Shown piece after piece: positions 1-10,646 of a stretch of 64,000 nucleotides of DNA. Each line of letters begins with the position of its first letter. The first letter of the stretch is position 1. Origin of the DNA: Anaerohalosphaeraceae bacterium (GTDB lineage: Bacteria; Planctomycetota; Phycisphaerae; Sedimentisphaerales; Anaerohalosphaeraceae). Location of the stretch: assembly GCA_963675525.2 (NCBI GenBank), contig CAXXSL010000016.1, positions 352,001-416,000 on the forward strand, read 5' to 3'. A program made the position numbers and the translations under genes. The notes under the pieces are model-generated. The model saw only the letters and a list, made by a program, of their open reading frames with translations. It was not told the DNA's origin and did no database searches.

Positions 1-2
1 CG

Positions 3-143
3 CGCGCGGACGTCGAGAAACTGATCCGCCTCGGCGTCGGCGGTGTGCTGATCGGTCAGACATTGTGTGAAAGTCCGCGCATCGAGGATAAGTTTAACGA
101 ACTGTTTAACCCAGACGCTGGATCCCCGCCTTCGCGGGGATGA
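3..143 (+). CDS. trpC: C-terminal fragment of probable indole-3-glycerol phosphate synthase (partial, runs off window start)
   Basis: Frame 3 translates RADVEKLIRLGVGGVLIGQTLCES..., resembling the TrpC C-terminal 'Dv..l...G..avLiGesLm' segment; TGA stop at 141-143. Confidence 0.6.
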   Translation, partial: RADVEKLIRLGVGGVLIGQTLCESPRIEDKFNELFNPDAGSPPSRG

Positions 144-144
144 C
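118..144 (-). repeat. REP-like palindrome (GTCATCCCCGCGAAGGCGGGGATCCAG on - strand)
   Basis: GC-rich hairpin in a GTCA..TCCAG frame; related copies at 5801-5867 and 21831-21856. Confidence 0.8.
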
Positions 145-167
145 ATGCTCATCATGCGGAGTCCATC

Positions 168-974
168 GTGGATTATGTTATTCTGTTCATTATCGGTTTG
201 TGCATGGGACTTTTGGGTGGGATGCTGGGGATCGGCGGTTCGGTGTTTATGATCCCGGCATTGACTTTTGTCGGCGGTGAAAATCAACATCTCTACCAAG
301 CCGCAGCGATGATTTGCAATTTCTTCGTTTCTGCTTCCGCTTTAATCGCTCACCGAAAAGCCAAAGTGCTCATTAAAGACGTCCTCAAATGGCTGATTCC
401 ATCGGCGATTATCGGTATCCTCGGCGGTGTTTATCTGAGCAACTGCGCCTTCTTTGCCGGAGCCAACAGTTATCTTTTGGCAAGAGCCTTTGGTTTGTTT
501 CTGGTCTATGTGGTGGTCTATAACTGCTATCGTTTATACCTGAACCTGCATCCGACAAAAGCACCCAAAGATGCGACAACATTCCGGGACACCTCGCCTT
601 TCTGGGCCGGCTTGTGCGGGTTCGTTACGGGATTGGGCGCGGGACTCTTGGGAATTGGTGCCGGCAGCGTCGCCACGCCCCTGCAGCAGTTCGTACTCAA
701 AATACCTCTGAAAAAAGCCATGGGAAACTCTGCCATGACGATCGTCTGCATCGCCTGGCTGGGAGCGATCTACAAAAACTGGACGCTCCCTCAGCACGGT
801 CTGCACTTTTCTGATTCGTTCAGGATCGCCATATTCATCGTCCCCGGAGCTGTTCTCGGCGGCTACATCGGTGGACATCTCATGCATGCCCTGCCAAAAA
901 ATCTCGTACGAGCGGTTTTTATTCTTGTCTGCATCCTGGCGGCGATCAAACTGCTGACGGTTGCGCCCCAGTAA
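168..974 (+). CDS. Sulfite exporter TauE/SafE family membrane protein
   Basis: Twice-repeated G..GG.LGIGG....P motif, about 8 TM segments, 268 aa. Confidence 0.85.
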   Translation: MDYVILFIIGLCMGLLGGMLGIGGSVFMIPALTFVGGENQHLYQAAAMICNFFVSASALIAHRKAKVLIKDVLKWLIPSAIIGILGGVYLSNCAFFAGANSYLLARAFGLFLVYVVVYNCYRLYLNLHPTKAPKDATTFRDTSPFWAGLCGFVTGLGAGLLGIGAGSVATPLQQFVLKIPLKKAMGNSAMTIVCIAWLGAIYKNWTLPQHGLHFSDSFRIAIFIVPGAVLGGYIGGHLMHALPKNLVRAVFILVCILAAIKLLTVAPQ

Positions 975-1077
975 TTTTGGTTGTACACCAAAACACAAGA
1001 GGTCGTCGGATGGGGCATCCTGTGGCTACCATAATCGGGCGACTCACGTCGCCACGCTTTTATTACCGGCGTTGCGA

Positions 1078-1587
1078 TTATTCCATCACTGAGACCGAGA
1101 GGATTTCGACGGGTTCGGCGGGGACGTCGTCGTAGTGTCCCTTGCGGGTGGTTTTGACGGCGGCGATGGCATCGACCACATCCATACCTTCTGTGACTTT
1201 TCCGAAAACGGCATAGCCGATCTTGTCCGGCGACGGACCGGTGTAATTGAGAAAATCGTTGTCTTTGTGATTGATGAAGAACTGGCTGGTGGCACTGTCC
1301 GGGTCGCCGGTGCGGGCCATGGCCAGCGTACCGCGGTCGTTCTTGAGCCCGTTGGAGGCTTCATTGATGATCGGGTCGTTGTTGGGTTTGGGGTTTAAGT
1401 CCTTGTCCATGCCGCCGCCCTGAACCATAAACCCGGGAATCACACGGTGAAAGACGGTTCCTGCATAAAAACTGTTATCGACATATTCGAGAAAATTTTT
1501 GACCGTAACCGGCGCCGCATCGGCATCCAGTTCAATCTCCATATCCCCCATCGACGTTTTCATTTCGACTTTTAGATTGGCCATCAT
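1078..1587 (-). CDS. ppiB: Cyclophilin-type peptidyl-prolyl cis-trans isomerase (cytoplasmic)
   Basis: [40 protein letters not shown] motifs; start trimmed to MMANL after a GGAG RBS. Confidence 0.9.
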   Translation of the reverse strand: MMANLKVEMKTSMGDMEIELDADAAPVTVKNFLEYVDNSFYAGTVFHRVIPGFMVQGGGMDKDLNPKPNNDPIINEASNGLKNDRGTLAMARTGDPDSATSQFFINHKDNDFLNYTGPSPDKIGYAVFGKVTEGMDVVDAIAAVKTTRKGHYDDVPAEPVEILSVSVME

Positions 1588-1648
1588 ATCTCCATTGCTT
1601 AGGTAATTATTAACACAGACATACAAAGATATTAAAACGCATAATCTG

Positions 1649-2386
1649 CTATTGATCTTTCCCGGACTCAGGCTTGGACTCCGGTTTCGGCTCGGATTCA
1701 GGCTCGGGCTTTTTGTCCTTAACGAGCGTTACCGATTCTATCACGACCGTTTCAGCCGGCACGTTTTGTGTTGGAATATTCATTCCCAGTTCTTCATCGT
1801 AATACTGAGCATTTTTTGTTTTAACCTGAGCGATCTTGTCGACCACCTCCATCCCTTTGATCACTTTACCAAAGACCGCATAACCCGGCTTATAGGGACC
1901 GTCAAAATCTAATCCACGGTTATCTTTATGATTGATGAAAAATTGATTGGTTGCACTATCGGGCGGATTCTTTCGGGCCATTGCAATGGTGCCGCGTTGG
2001 TTACGCAGTTTATTGTATGATTCGTTTTTGATGGGAGCTTTGGATTTCTTAAGCTTCATATCCGGCGTGATACCTCCCCCCTGAATCATAAAGCCCGGGA
2101 TCACCCGGTGAAAAATCTTCCCGTTATAAAAGCCGGAATTCACATAATCCAAAAAATTCGCCACGGTAATCGGTGCCATGTCGGCGAATAGTTCAATGTC
2201 AATCTGGCCCTTGTTCGTAACGATCTTGACAACCGGATTTTTTACCGTCTCTTCTTTGGCTTTGGGCTCTTTTTTCGCTTGTGCCGGCTTTTCGGTTTCA
2301 TTCTTTTTTGGCTGTTCGTCAGTACTTGCATAACAGGCCACTGAGAATAGACCTAACACCATCCACAGTAAAACTAACCTTTTCAT
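1649..2386 (-). CDS. ppiA: Cyclophilin-type PPIase with signal peptide (exported)
   Basis: [14 protein letters not shown] and SATNQFFIN motifs; N-terminal signal peptide, K/E-rich linker and [15 protein letters not shown] tail. Confidence 0.85.
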   Translation of the reverse strand: MKRLVLLWMVLGLFSVACYASTDEQPKKNETEKPAQAKKEPKAKEETVKNPVVKIVTNKGQIDIELFADMAPITVANFLDYVNSGFYNGKIFHRVIPGFMIQGGGITPDMKLKKSKAPIKNESYNKLRNQRGTIAMARKNPPDSATNQFFINHKDNRGLDFDGPYKPGYAVFGKVIKGMEVVDKIAQVKTKNAQYYDEELGMNIPTQNVPAETVVIESVTLVKDKKPEPESEPKPESKPESGKDQ

Positions 2387-2472
2387 ATCAACTCCCATAC
2401 ATTAATTGTGTGTTTCATTTCTCTTTCAAAAATCGGGGAATATTGTACATGGAAATTTCGGGAATGTCAAAA

Positions 2473-3210
2473 TCACTTCGGGCCGGTTTTTTGTGTTTTC
2501 CGGGAAACCCTGAAAACCAGCCAGGAAATCAGGATCGCTGAAGAAACGCCGAACATCGCCGTAGCAAGATCGACCCACCAGACATCCCGGTCAAATATCG
2601 GGGATGTCCCTTTGATCAGCAACAGCAGTGCTGCCGGCACAGCCAACGAAGACCATAACCACTTCGCCTTGCCGGTTTTGAGATTCGTATGCTGGTCCAT
2701 GTGCTGGATCCAGATCAGGGCAAAGGCAGTGTACGCCGTAAAGTGAAAGACCGTATTCAGGTAATATTCCGGCCGCAGCATCAGCAGATTGGACATATTT
2801 GAAACCACAAACACAAACACCGCCGAGGCCGTCAGCAAGGCCGTCCAGAAACTCATCAGCGACAGCACCCCCAACGCCAGCACCATGCCGAAAAAGTCCG
2901 CCACAAAATCCATCACATCGGCCGAACGCCCCACACGTCCCTGCAGGTATTCATCCATTGCCCCGTACCAAATGACCACCGCCAGCAGGCCCCAGACCTT
3001 TTTTTGATTCCATTTGACCTTATGGTAGGGACTGACGGCAAACCAGATCAGAAATGTAAGGACAAAATAGGCCATTACGTGCATGGTCTTGTCGCTCATG
3101 CCGCTTTGCCACGCAATATCCGGCACCGGAATGTGCGTCAGCCAGAAAATCACCGGCCAGTATATTCCCAATGCGATCAAAACTGATTTGTGTCGTCTTA
3201 GAAACTGCAT
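2473..3210 (-). CDS. VanZ family membrane protein
   Basis: DK.MH..AY, YGAMDEYLQG.VGRSADVMD..AD motifs. Confidence 0.8.
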   Translation of the reverse strand: MQFLRRHKSVLIALGIYWPVIFWLTHIPVPDIAWQSGMSDKTMHVMAYFVLTFLIWFAVSPYHKVKWNQKKVWGLLAVVIWYGAMDEYLQGRVGRSADVMDFVADFFGMVLALGVLSLMSFWTALLTASAVFVFVVSNMSNLLMLRPEYYLNTVFHFTAYTAFALIWIQHMDQHTNLKTGKAKWLWSSLAVPAALLLLIKGTSPIFDRDVWWVDLATAMFGVSSAILISWLVFRVSRKTQKTGPK

Positions 3211-3258
3211 AAGGTGCCTACTTTATCGACACAAAACACGGCAGGCAAGATGCAAATT

Positions 3259-4290
3259 CTAAAAATTCTGTTCCGGCGGCTGCGGCGGCAGGTCGACGTC
3301 TTCCGTTATCAAACCGGCAGGCGGATCTGACATGCCCGGCACCACGACAGGACTTGCCTGAGCAAACACATCAAACTCCGACCCAAACTGCGCCAAAAAC
3401 AACGCCGAATACGCCCGCCGCCACACGAGAAGCGGAAGCATCGCAACCGTTCCGATATACGGAATAAAAAATATGATCCCTACACAACACAGACAACACG
3501 CCCCCAGCACAACGGTAAGAGCGATCACTGCAATTGCAATATTGACAACAACCAAAAACAACAGAAACAAAAAAAACTTTCCTATGTTTAATTTGCATAG
3601 TGCCCAAAAACGCTGCCAACCCTCTTTGATCCCGCAATTGTGTATATACATGATGGGCACAACAAAATCATTGATCAATACCCCAATAGCACCAAAGAGA
3701 ATCGCTAAAACAAAAAGAATTATCCCCAAAAAGATCACGCCCATAATTGATGGAATCGCTACCTGGGAATGACCATGAAGGCCTGCCAACAAAAAGATGA
3801 TTGCCACAACAGGAATCATAATGCAGATCAGACTGACAAGCCCAAGAATAATCTTAAATATAAAGAGGCTGTTGGCAGACTGGGCACACTCTTTCCACGG
3901 ATTGACAACTTCAGCGACATTTCGCGCAACGCAATGCAGAAACATAAACTGACCACGGCTTTTCAGCCATGCAAAGAGAATGGAAAGCATCAGAATGAAT
4001 ATAATGACCGCCGCCGCTACAGCGATAATCACCGGGAGATGTTGTATTACCGTCTCTTTGAGATGAGACATCTCCTGTCCAAAATCCTGCGACTGCCCAC
4101 CCTGGCCGCCTCCAAAGTTGCCGTTTGGTCCAGTACCCCCACCATCGCCCAAGGTCGCTAAGAAAGCACAAAAACCGATGGTAAACCATTTTCCGATATC
4201 AAACGGCCTAAAGAGAATCTCCTTTGTTTTTTCAATAGCGGCTCCGACCGGCTCGACTACACTAATTTGACGTGGTTGATATTGTTCCAT
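3259..4290 (-). CDS. Conserved hypothetical polytopic membrane protein
   Basis: 343 aa, multiple hydrophobic helices, Gly-rich loop, CCLCC segment; RBS GGAG upstream. Confidence 0.75.
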   Translation of the reverse strand: MEQYQPRQISVVEPVGAAIEKTKEILFRPFDIGKWFTIGFCAFLATLGDGGGTGPNGNFGGGQGGQSQDFGQEMSHLKETVIQHLPVIIAVAAAVIIFILMLSILFAWLKSRGQFMFLHCVARNVAEVVNPWKECAQSANSLFIFKIILGLVSLICIMIPVVAIIFLLAGLHGHSQVAIPSIMGVIFLGIILFVLAILFGAIGVLINDFVVPIMYIHNCGIKEGWQRFWALCKLNIGKFFLFLLFLVVVNIAIAVIALTVVLGACCLCCVGIIFFIPYIGTVAMLPLLVWRRAYSALFLAQFGSEFDVFAQASPVVVPGMSDPPAGLITEDVDLPPQPPEQNF

Positions 4291-4317
4291 TTTTTATCTC
4301 CCTTTTTGTGGGTCAAC

Positions 4318-4351
4318 CATCGCTTTCGCTCCGCGAGAAGCGATGCCACCC
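4318..4351. repeat. Intergenic palindrome (REP-like or terminator)
   Basis: CATCGCTT..TCGC-TCC-GCGA..AAGCGATG hairpin downstream of hisF. Confidence 0.45.
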
Positions 4352-4381
4352 GGTTCCTACAGAACAAAAATTTTTCCAATG

Positions 4382-5149
4382 TTATACAGGACGCACGGGG
4401 ACACCATGGTGTTGCAGAAAATCTTTTGTTTCTTTGATGGAATAGGTGCCGTAGTGGAAAATTGACGCGGCCAGGACCGCATCAGCTTTGCCTTTATCGA
4501 GGACTTCGGTGAGGGAATCGAGGGTTCCGGCCCCGCCGGAGGCGATGACAGGGATATTGACCGCCTCGGCCACCGCCCGGGTCAGTTCGATATCGTAGCC
4601 GGCCTGTGTGCCGTCGGCATCCATGCTGGTCAGCAGGATCTCGCCGGCACCGAGTTTTTCGGCCTTTATGGCCCATTCGATCGCATCAATATCCGTCGGT
4701 TCCGAACCGGCCTTGACCGTAACATGCCATTTCCCGGTTTTGCCGGGTGTTCGGCGGGCGTCAATGGCCAACACCACACATTGGGCACCAAAGCGTTCGG
4801 CTGATTCGGCCAATAAATCCGGATTATTCACGGCGGCGGTATTAATCGAGCATTTATCCGCCCCGCTGCGCAAAAGAAGGCCGATTTCATCTGCTTTTGA
4901 TATCCCCCCGCCGACGGTAAATGGAATAAACACATTGGCCGCCACTTTCTCCACAAGCTCAACAATCGTCTTTTTCGAACGGATGGTTGCGGTAATATCC
5001 AGAAAGACCAGTTCATCGGCGCCTTGGTCGCTGTATTTTTTTCCCAGTTCGACGGGATCGCCCGCATCGCGCAGATTCAGGAAGTTGATCCCCTTGACGA
5101 CGCGGTTATCTTTGACATCCAGACAGGGAATGATTCGTTTGGTCAGCAT
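4382..5149 (-). CDS. hisF: Imidazole glycerol phosphate synthase cyclase subunit
   Basis: [46 protein letters not shown]. Confidence 0.97.
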   Translation of the reverse strand: MLTKRIIPCLDVKDNRVVKGINFLNLRDAGDPVELGKKYSDQGADELVFLDITATIRSKKTIVELVEKVAANVFIPFTVGGGISKADEIGLLLRSGADKCSINTAAVNNPDLLAESAERFGAQCVVLAIDARRTPGKTGKWHVTVKAGSEPTDIDAIEWAIKAEKLGAGEILLTSMDADGTQAGYDIELTRAVAEAVNIPVIASGGAGTLDSLTEVLDKGKADAVLAASIFHYGTYSIKETKDFLQHHGVPVRPV

Positions 5150-5766
5150 CCGCTACTTTCCTCGTCACAAATTTTGACAAAATTTTTCAATACCTGCAAG
5201 CCATCGGCAGCGCTTTTTTCGGGGTGGAACTGGCAGCCGTAGATGTTGCCCTTTTCAACGGCGGCGGTAACCTGCACACCATATTCGGTTACCGCGACCT
5301 TCGTTTGTGCATCATCCACTTGCGCATAAAAGGAATTGGCGAACGCAAAGTGTTTTCCTTCGCCAAGTGAACCAAACAGCCGCATGTTGTCGGCGAATTT
5401 GACATAATTCCAGCCCATGTGGGGAATGGTAAGCCCTAAGTCCGTTGGAATGGGAACGACTTTCCCTTTGATCAACCCCAGACATTTGTGCGTGCCCATT
5501 TCGTAGCTTTCATCGAACAGCAGTTGAAAGCCGACACAAATCCCCAACAGCGGCGTGCCCGCGGCGGCCTGGCTCTTGATACAATCGGCAATGGGAGCGA
5601 CCTTCTGCATGGCATAGCCGCTGGCACCGACGCCGGGCAGGATCAGCCCATCTGCCTTTTCAATGACCGACGGTTCGCAGCTAACCGTAATATCCGAGCC
5701 GATATAGCGAAACGCGTTCGTGACGCTTCGTACGTTCCCAACACCATAATCAATAATTACAAGCAT
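5143..5766 (-). CDS. hisH: Imidazole glycerol phosphate synthase glutamine amidotransferase subunit
   Basis: [19 protein letters not shown] (catalytic Cys), QFHPEKS; overlaps hisF start. Confidence 0.97.
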   Translation of the reverse strand: MLVIIDYGVGNVRSVTNAFRYIGSDITVSCEPSVIEKADGLILPGVGASGYAMQKVAPIADCIKSQAAAGTPLLGICVGFQLLFDESYEMGTHKCLGLIKGKVVPIPTDLGLTIPHMGWNYVKFADNMRLFGSLGEGKHFAFANSFYAQVDDAQTKVAVTEYGVQVTAAVEKGNIYGCQFHPEKSAADGLQVLKNFVKICDEESSGC

Positions 5767-5800
5767 AATTTTTCAAATAATATTTAACGTCACTCAACGT

Positions 5801-5867
5801 GTCACCCCGGACTTGATCCGGGGTCCAGTGCGATACTCGCTGGATGCCGGGTCAAGCCCGGCATGAC
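5801..5867. repeat. Inverted pair of REP-like palindromes (REPIN/BIME-like doublet)
   Basis: GTCACCCCGGACTTGATCCGGGGTCCAG (5801-5828) and inverted GTCATGCCGGGCTTGACCCGGCATCCAG (5840-5867). Confidence 0.85.
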
Positions 5868-6126
5868 AATCAAAAACCGCGATTCAATCACGCAGGAATT
5901 ATAGCGAATTGGGGACTCATTCTCAAGGCCGATTCATCAAAATGGGCAAAGATTACAGAAATGTAGACACTCCGGCTACAGACGCTCATTAAACAAAATA
6001 CTATTATTTGCCAGATGAAACTGAAGCGATTCTACCTAAATATCAAGAAAAGCAGTTGTCCGGGCGACAGGGGTTCATTACAATGAAATTAAAATTAAAA
6101 ACGCAGTGAACAGGAGAACATTGAAT

Positions 6127-8190
6127 ATGGTGTTTAATATTAGACGGACATCGATTGTCTTAATGGTTACGGGCCTGATTCTTTTTTCGGCCACTGCGCA
6201 TGGTCGGCAATGCGATAACGGTAACGGCACGTTTACGAATCCGCTGTTCTATGACGAGTTTTCAGACCCGGATATGATCCGGGTCGGCGAGGACTACTAT
6301 CTGACGGGCACGACGATGCACACGATGCCGGGGCTGCCTATCCTGCATTCCAAAGATCTGGTGAATTGGGAGTTTCTGTGTTATGCGTTTGACCGGCTGG
6401 ACCTGGGGCCGGCATATCGGCTGGAAGGCGGACGTGAGGTGTATGGGCAAGGCATCTGGGCGCCGTGCTTTCGCTATCATGACGGGACCTACTACATTTT
6501 TACCAACGTCAACGGACAAACAACGCAGCTATTCCGTGCTCAAAACCCGGCGGGGCCATGGACACGCACCGCGATGAAGCGTTCGTTTCATGACCTGTCG
6601 GTTTTGTTTGACGATGATGGTAAGGTTTACATTCTCTGGGGGTATCAGGGAATCAATTATGCTCAGCTCGATGACGAGCTAATGGATGTCGTGCCGGGCA
6701 GCGAACGGGTCATCATTGAACGAGGCGCCGGCATGGGTGAAGGCGTTCATTTTTACAAAATCAACGGCCACTATATTATCACCAGTGCGTGGTTTGCCGG
6801 GCGTATGCGGATGCCGTGTGCACGGAGTGATAAACCGGAAGGCCCCTATGAAGTCAATCTCGCAATCAGCATGGACGAAGATTTTGGACTGGCCGAAGGC
6901 TATCGATTGCGAGGCCGTGCGGAACCGCCGTTTAATGTCGTTCCTGCGAACACGCTCGACGGTGGACGAATGTCGATGCACCAAGGCGGCTTGGTTGATA
7001 CGAAAACCGGTCAATGGTGGGGCTTTTCGATGATGGACTTTAATTCGGTCGGCCGGCTGACGTGCCTTTCGCCGATCACCTGGAAGGACGGCTGGCCGTA
7101 TTTTGGGCTTGAGGGCAATCTCAAACGCACGCCGCGCACCTGGGTCAAGCCGGATACCGGCCATGTATCTGAACCCCGCGTGCCCTATGAACGCAGCGAT
7201 GACTTCTCCGGATCAAAACTTAAACCCATCTGGCAGTGGAATCATGTGCCGGACGACAGTAAATGGTCGCTGTGTGAGCGTCCCGGTTTCCTGCGTCTGC
7301 ATTCGCTGCCATCGAAGGATTTGTGGTGGGCGCGCAATACGCTGACGCAGCGTTCCATCGGACCGATGTCAACACCGACGACAGTATTGGATGTCAGCGG
7401 GATGCAACCCGGCGACACCGCGGGGCTGGCGCTGATGAATATACCGTATGCGTGGATTGGCATTCGCCGAGATGTCAATAGTTTCAACATCGTTCAGTTC
7501 GACCAATTCGCTGACAAGACTGCGGGCATTCCGTTTGAAGGCACACGTGTATGGCTGCGGGCCGATTGCGACTTCCTGACTGAAAAAGCCCGTTTCAGTT
7601 ACAGTACTGACGGAAAAAAGTTCGAAGCGTTCGGCGGCGAATTTACGATGGTTTTTCAACTCAAAACCTTCCAGGGCATTCGGTATTCGCTGTTTCACTA
7701 TAATACTGAAGGCACTGGCGGCGGCTATGCAGACTTTGACGAAATCACCATCGATGAGCCGTATCCTCAAGGGTTGATGAAGCCGATCCCGTTCGGTCAG
7801 ACGATTACACTGACGACGTATGGAACAGATTCAGCACTGATCGTCAAAAACGGCACGTTATCCGCTGCCGCAGCAACGGATGAATCAGCCAAAAGTGCCG
7901 CAACTCAGTTTAAAGTTATTGATCGCGGTCTTGGACGGGTCGCTCTTCAGTCCGGCGATAAATTTATTTCCGTAATAGCACCAGACAAAGTAACATTGAA
8001 AAAAAGCCCACCAACCGATGCAGAAACCTTTCAATGGACAGAGAATGTTTATGGAGATGTAATGCTGCTTTCGCTCGTCACACATCGGCATATTCGGATC
8101 GACCCGGAAAGCGGCGCGATCAGCGCTAATCATCCCGGCCCAAAACCTGACCGAAAAGACGGCTCATGTCTGAGATGGCGGAAAAAGTAA
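6127..8190 (+). CDS. Secreted glycoside hydrolase family 43 (beta-xylosidase/arabinofuranosidase-like) with C-terminal beta-sandwich and an extra beta-trefoil-like domain
   Basis: Signal peptide; DPDMIRVGEDYY, SKDLVNW, WAP, EG.H, HQGG motifs; W.WNH and RPGFLRL of the GH43 C-domain. Confidence 0.9.
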   Translation: MVFNIRRTSIVLMVTGLILFSATAHGRQCDNGNGTFTNPLFYDEFSDPDMIRVGEDYYLTGTTMHTMPGLPILHSKDLVNWEFLCYAFDRLDLGPAYRLEGGREVYGQGIWAPCFRYHDGTYYIFTNVNGQTTQLFRAQNPAGPWTRTAMKRSFHDLSVLFDDDGKVYILWGYQGINYAQLDDELMDVVPGSERVIIERGAGMGEGVHFYKINGHYIITSAWFAGRMRMPCARSDKPEGPYEVNLAISMDEDFGLAEGYRLRGRAEPPFNVVPANTLDGGRMSMHQGGLVDTKTGQWWGFSMMDFNSVGRLTCLSPITWKDGWPYFGLEGNLKRTPRTWVKPDTGHVSEPRVPYERSDDFSGSKLKPIWQWNHVPDDSKWSLCERPGFLRLHSLPSKDLWWARNTLTQRSIGPMSTPTTVLDVSGMQPGDTAGLALMNIPYAWIGIRRDVNSFNIVQFDQFADKTAGIPFEGTRVWLRADCDFLTEKARFSYSTDGKKFEAFGGEFTMVFQLKTFQGIRYSLFHYNTEGTGGGYADFDEITIDEPYPQGLMKPIPFGQTITLTTYGTDSALIVKNGTLSAAAATDESAKSAATQFKVIDRGLGRVALQSGDKFISVIAPDKVTLKKSPPTDAETFQWTENVYGDVMLLSLVTHRHIRIDPESGAISANHPGPKPDRKDGSCLRWRKK

Positions 8191-8205
8191 AAACCCGGTT
8201 TGTCT

Positions 8206-8916
8206 TTAGAGTCCCAGAAATTGGATCGCCAGGCCGGCGGCGCAAATGGTCGCTCCGGCTACGGCGTGGGTATAGCGTTCGAGCCGGCCGAATTTCGCGA
8301 ACGACACTCCCCACGTTGTCAGCAGCACAATTGTCAGCATGGTGCCGATGGTCATCGCTGAAAAAACAGCCGCGACGAGAAACGTCCCCCACACACTGCT
8401 TTCGGCGGCCGGGTACATCAATAGCGGAATCAACGGCTCGCACGGACCAAATACGAAAATGGTAAACAGAATCCACGGGGTAATGTTTGCTTTTTTCTGA
8501 TCATGCACATGCGCATGTTCCGATGTATGAGTATGCTCGTGAGCATGTTCTCCCTCGTCGCCATGTGCGTGAACATGCCGATGCGGCTTATTGCGAATGG
8601 CCCGGTGAAGGCCCCACACAAAATAGGCGAAGCCGAAGCCGATCAATAACCATGCGGCAATGGAACCGCGAAATCCTTCGAAAGCTTCCAGTTTCATCAC
8701 CTGGATACCCACAAATACGCCAATCAGCCCCAGAATAACGGAACTTCCGACATGTCCAATACCGCACAAAAACGTAATCCATGCCGTTTTCGATAATGAC
8801 CAGTGCCGTGCACGGCCCATCATGATAAAGGGCAGATAGTGATCGGGCCCCAGTGCGGTATGAAAAAAGCCCAACGAGGCGGCTGTTCCACATAAAAGCA
8901 TAATTTCTGTGCTCAT
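8206..8916 (-). CDS. His-rich Ni/Co transporter-like membrane protein (RcnA/UreH/HoxN-like)
   Basis: HTALGPDH motif, HRHVHAHGDEGEHAHEHTH loop, GPCE motif, about 6 TM; near nikR. Confidence 0.8.
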   Translation of the reverse strand: MSTEIMLLCGTAASLGFFHTALGPDHYLPFIMMGRARHWSLSKTAWITFLCGIGHVGSSVILGLIGVFVGIQVMKLEAFEGFRGSIAAWLLIGFGFAYFVWGLHRAIRNKPHRHVHAHGDEGEHAHEHTHTSEHAHVHDQKKANITPWILFTIFVFGPCEPLIPLLMYPAAESSVWGTFLVAAVFSAMTIGTMLTIVLLTTWGVSFAKFGRLERYTHAVAGATICAAGLAIQFLGL

Positions 8917-8951
8917 GACTTAATCCTTTTCTACATAACTATTGAAAATTC

Positions 8952-8993
8952 TTGCTACTGCATAAGAATACAAAACTCGTGCTACGCAGTCAA
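8952..8993 (-). promoter_or_regulatory. Sigma70-like promoter of the Ni/Co permease with overlapping GTAGCA(C/A) repeats
   Basis: - strand TTGACT-17 bp-TATTCT; GTAGCAC in the spacer and GTAGCAA just downstream of the -10. Confidence 0.55.
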
Positions 8994-9060
8994 GCTTTTT
9001 TGAGACAGATTCACATTAATTTTTTGCTGCAGAGAACGGTGAGATGCCATAACAATGCGG

Positions 9061-10326
9061 CTAAAAAGCAATCCGAGTTCGCAGGCCCAAGACGACGGCG
9101 TCACTGGCCCCGTCAACACCGCCGGGATTGGTGACATACTGAATGGACGGACTGACGTCCATCCACCGGGTTACCTGTGCGCTGTAATACAATTCCGTCA
9201 GACTTTCGTAATCATTGGTATAGGTGCTGTCGGCTGAATCGCTGAATGAACCGTGGGCAAAGCCCAAGCCCAGCACATCGTCATCCCGCCCGCAGAACAG
9301 CCCCTGATACTGACATCCAAAACTGACAAAATTCGTTATGTCATTGGTCAAACTGGACGCATAGCCGTAACGGAAAAAGGCGCCGAGTCCCTGTGTGTCG
9401 TCAGGGTCACTGTTTTCTTTGGCCAGCATCTGGTCGCAACTGACGTACAGGCCGGAGTCGTCCCGATAGGTTTTCGATTCATCGGCATTGGCCTTGGGTT
9501 GCGGGTCATACCAAACGCCCAGCCGATAGGCACCCTGCAACGGCCCGTTGGCTGAATTCCATTGGGGCGTAATGCCCGTTTCGGCCATGTAGACGAAATA
9601 GTCTTCGTCGCGGAACGTTGTATTAAAACCGGTTTCGCGTTTGTCGGCCTGGGCATCGGCGGCACCGACGGACAGATACCAGTGCTCGATCGGGCTCCAG
9701 TGGATAATGGCGCCCAATCCATAATCGGGAAAGGGGATTGTTGGGTTATTGACCAATGCGGCATTGAGGAACTGACAGCATTCATCATTGGCATACATGT
9801 TTCCGTCGAAGGACACGGGACAGCCGCGGCATTCGAATCCGCCGGTCATGTCGAGTTTACCGATTCGCAATTGCAGCGTATCATCCAAAAAAGCCTGCTG
9901 GTACCACAGTTCGATGATATTAAACGACTGGCGTCCATCGGCAACGCCGTTGACACCAAACGCCGAGCCAATGGACGTGCCGTCAATATCCTGCCGGGAC
10001 CAACTTCCCCTTGCATGCATATAAATCGAACCACCCTCAATGTCGGCCAGTTTTTGCAGATCCATATTCATTTCCAAATCGTACCGGCCGGACCAACGCC
10101 CCTGCCGGCGGTGGGTACTCGTTCCGCCTCTTGCGTTGATTTGGTAAATATTCGTCAAACCAAAAGAAAAATCGATGCCCAATGGCTCTAAGGCTTCATT
10201 CAAACCGCCAAAACCGGCCGTTAAGGTATCACGCTGCTGCATGTGTTCGGCTTGCTCTGCCGCTGAAACACCGACAAACCCCAAAACCATGACCCCAAAC
10301 ACCAAAAATGATTTTACGTCTTTCAT
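9061..10326 (-). CDS. OprB-family (carbohydrate-selective-type) outer membrane porin
   Basis: Signal peptide, ELWYQQ, RIGKLD, PSIQYVTNPGG, C-terminal GLRTRIAF beta-signal ending in Phe. Confidence 0.85.
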   Translation of the reverse strand: MKDVKSFLVFGVMVLGFVGVSAAEQAEHMQQRDTLTAGFGGLNEALEPLGIDFSFGLTNIYQINARGGTSTHRRQGRWSGRYDLEMNMDLQKLADIEGGSIYMHARGSWSRQDIDGTSIGSAFGVNGVADGRQSFNIIELWYQQAFLDDTLQLRIGKLDMTGGFECRGCPVSFDGNMYANDECCQFLNAALVNNPTIPFPDYGLGAIIHWSPIEHWYLSVGAADAQADKRETGFNTTFRDEDYFVYMAETGITPQWNSANGPLQGAYRLGVWYDPQPKANADESKTYRDDSGLYVSCDQMLAKENSDPDDTQGLGAFFRYGYASSLTNDITNFVSFGCQYQGLFCGRDDDVLGLGFAHGSFSDSADSTYTNDYESLTELYYSAQVTRWMDVSPSIQYVTNPGGVDGASDAVVLGLRTRIAF

Positions 10327-10380
10327 ACCTTTTCCTTCTTCATCTTTTTGTTAATTTATAGTCGTGCAAAACATCCGTAT

Positions 10381-10397
10381 TTGCAACTCAGTTGCAA
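10381..10397. promoter_or_regulatory. Perfect 7-3-7 palindrome TTGCAAC-TCA-GTTGCAA upstream of porin (candidate metalloregulator box)
   Basis: Seen directly, about 55 bp upstream of porin ATG. Confidence 0.55.
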
Positions 10398-10646
10398 GAA
10401 GGAACATTAACAAAATTGCACCTGATTCGCAAATGCTTTTCTGTTATTTTTATAAAAAAACCAAAACAATATCTTTTAATTTCTACCGATTTACTCGGCT
10501 AAGGGGTAAATAACGCACGAATGAATCCGGCACCTTCACTTTTTATGTTTGTTAATTTGCTTTACAACCAGCCGGACAAGATGCATACTATTGTAGCGAT
10601 TCGTGCTACGAAATTACAATTGGAACGATTTAAGAGAAGTGCAATT

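Noticed and set aside
67..252. 61-aa ORF containing LDPRLRGDD
   Set aside because: Translation of the REP palindrome overlapping two real genes
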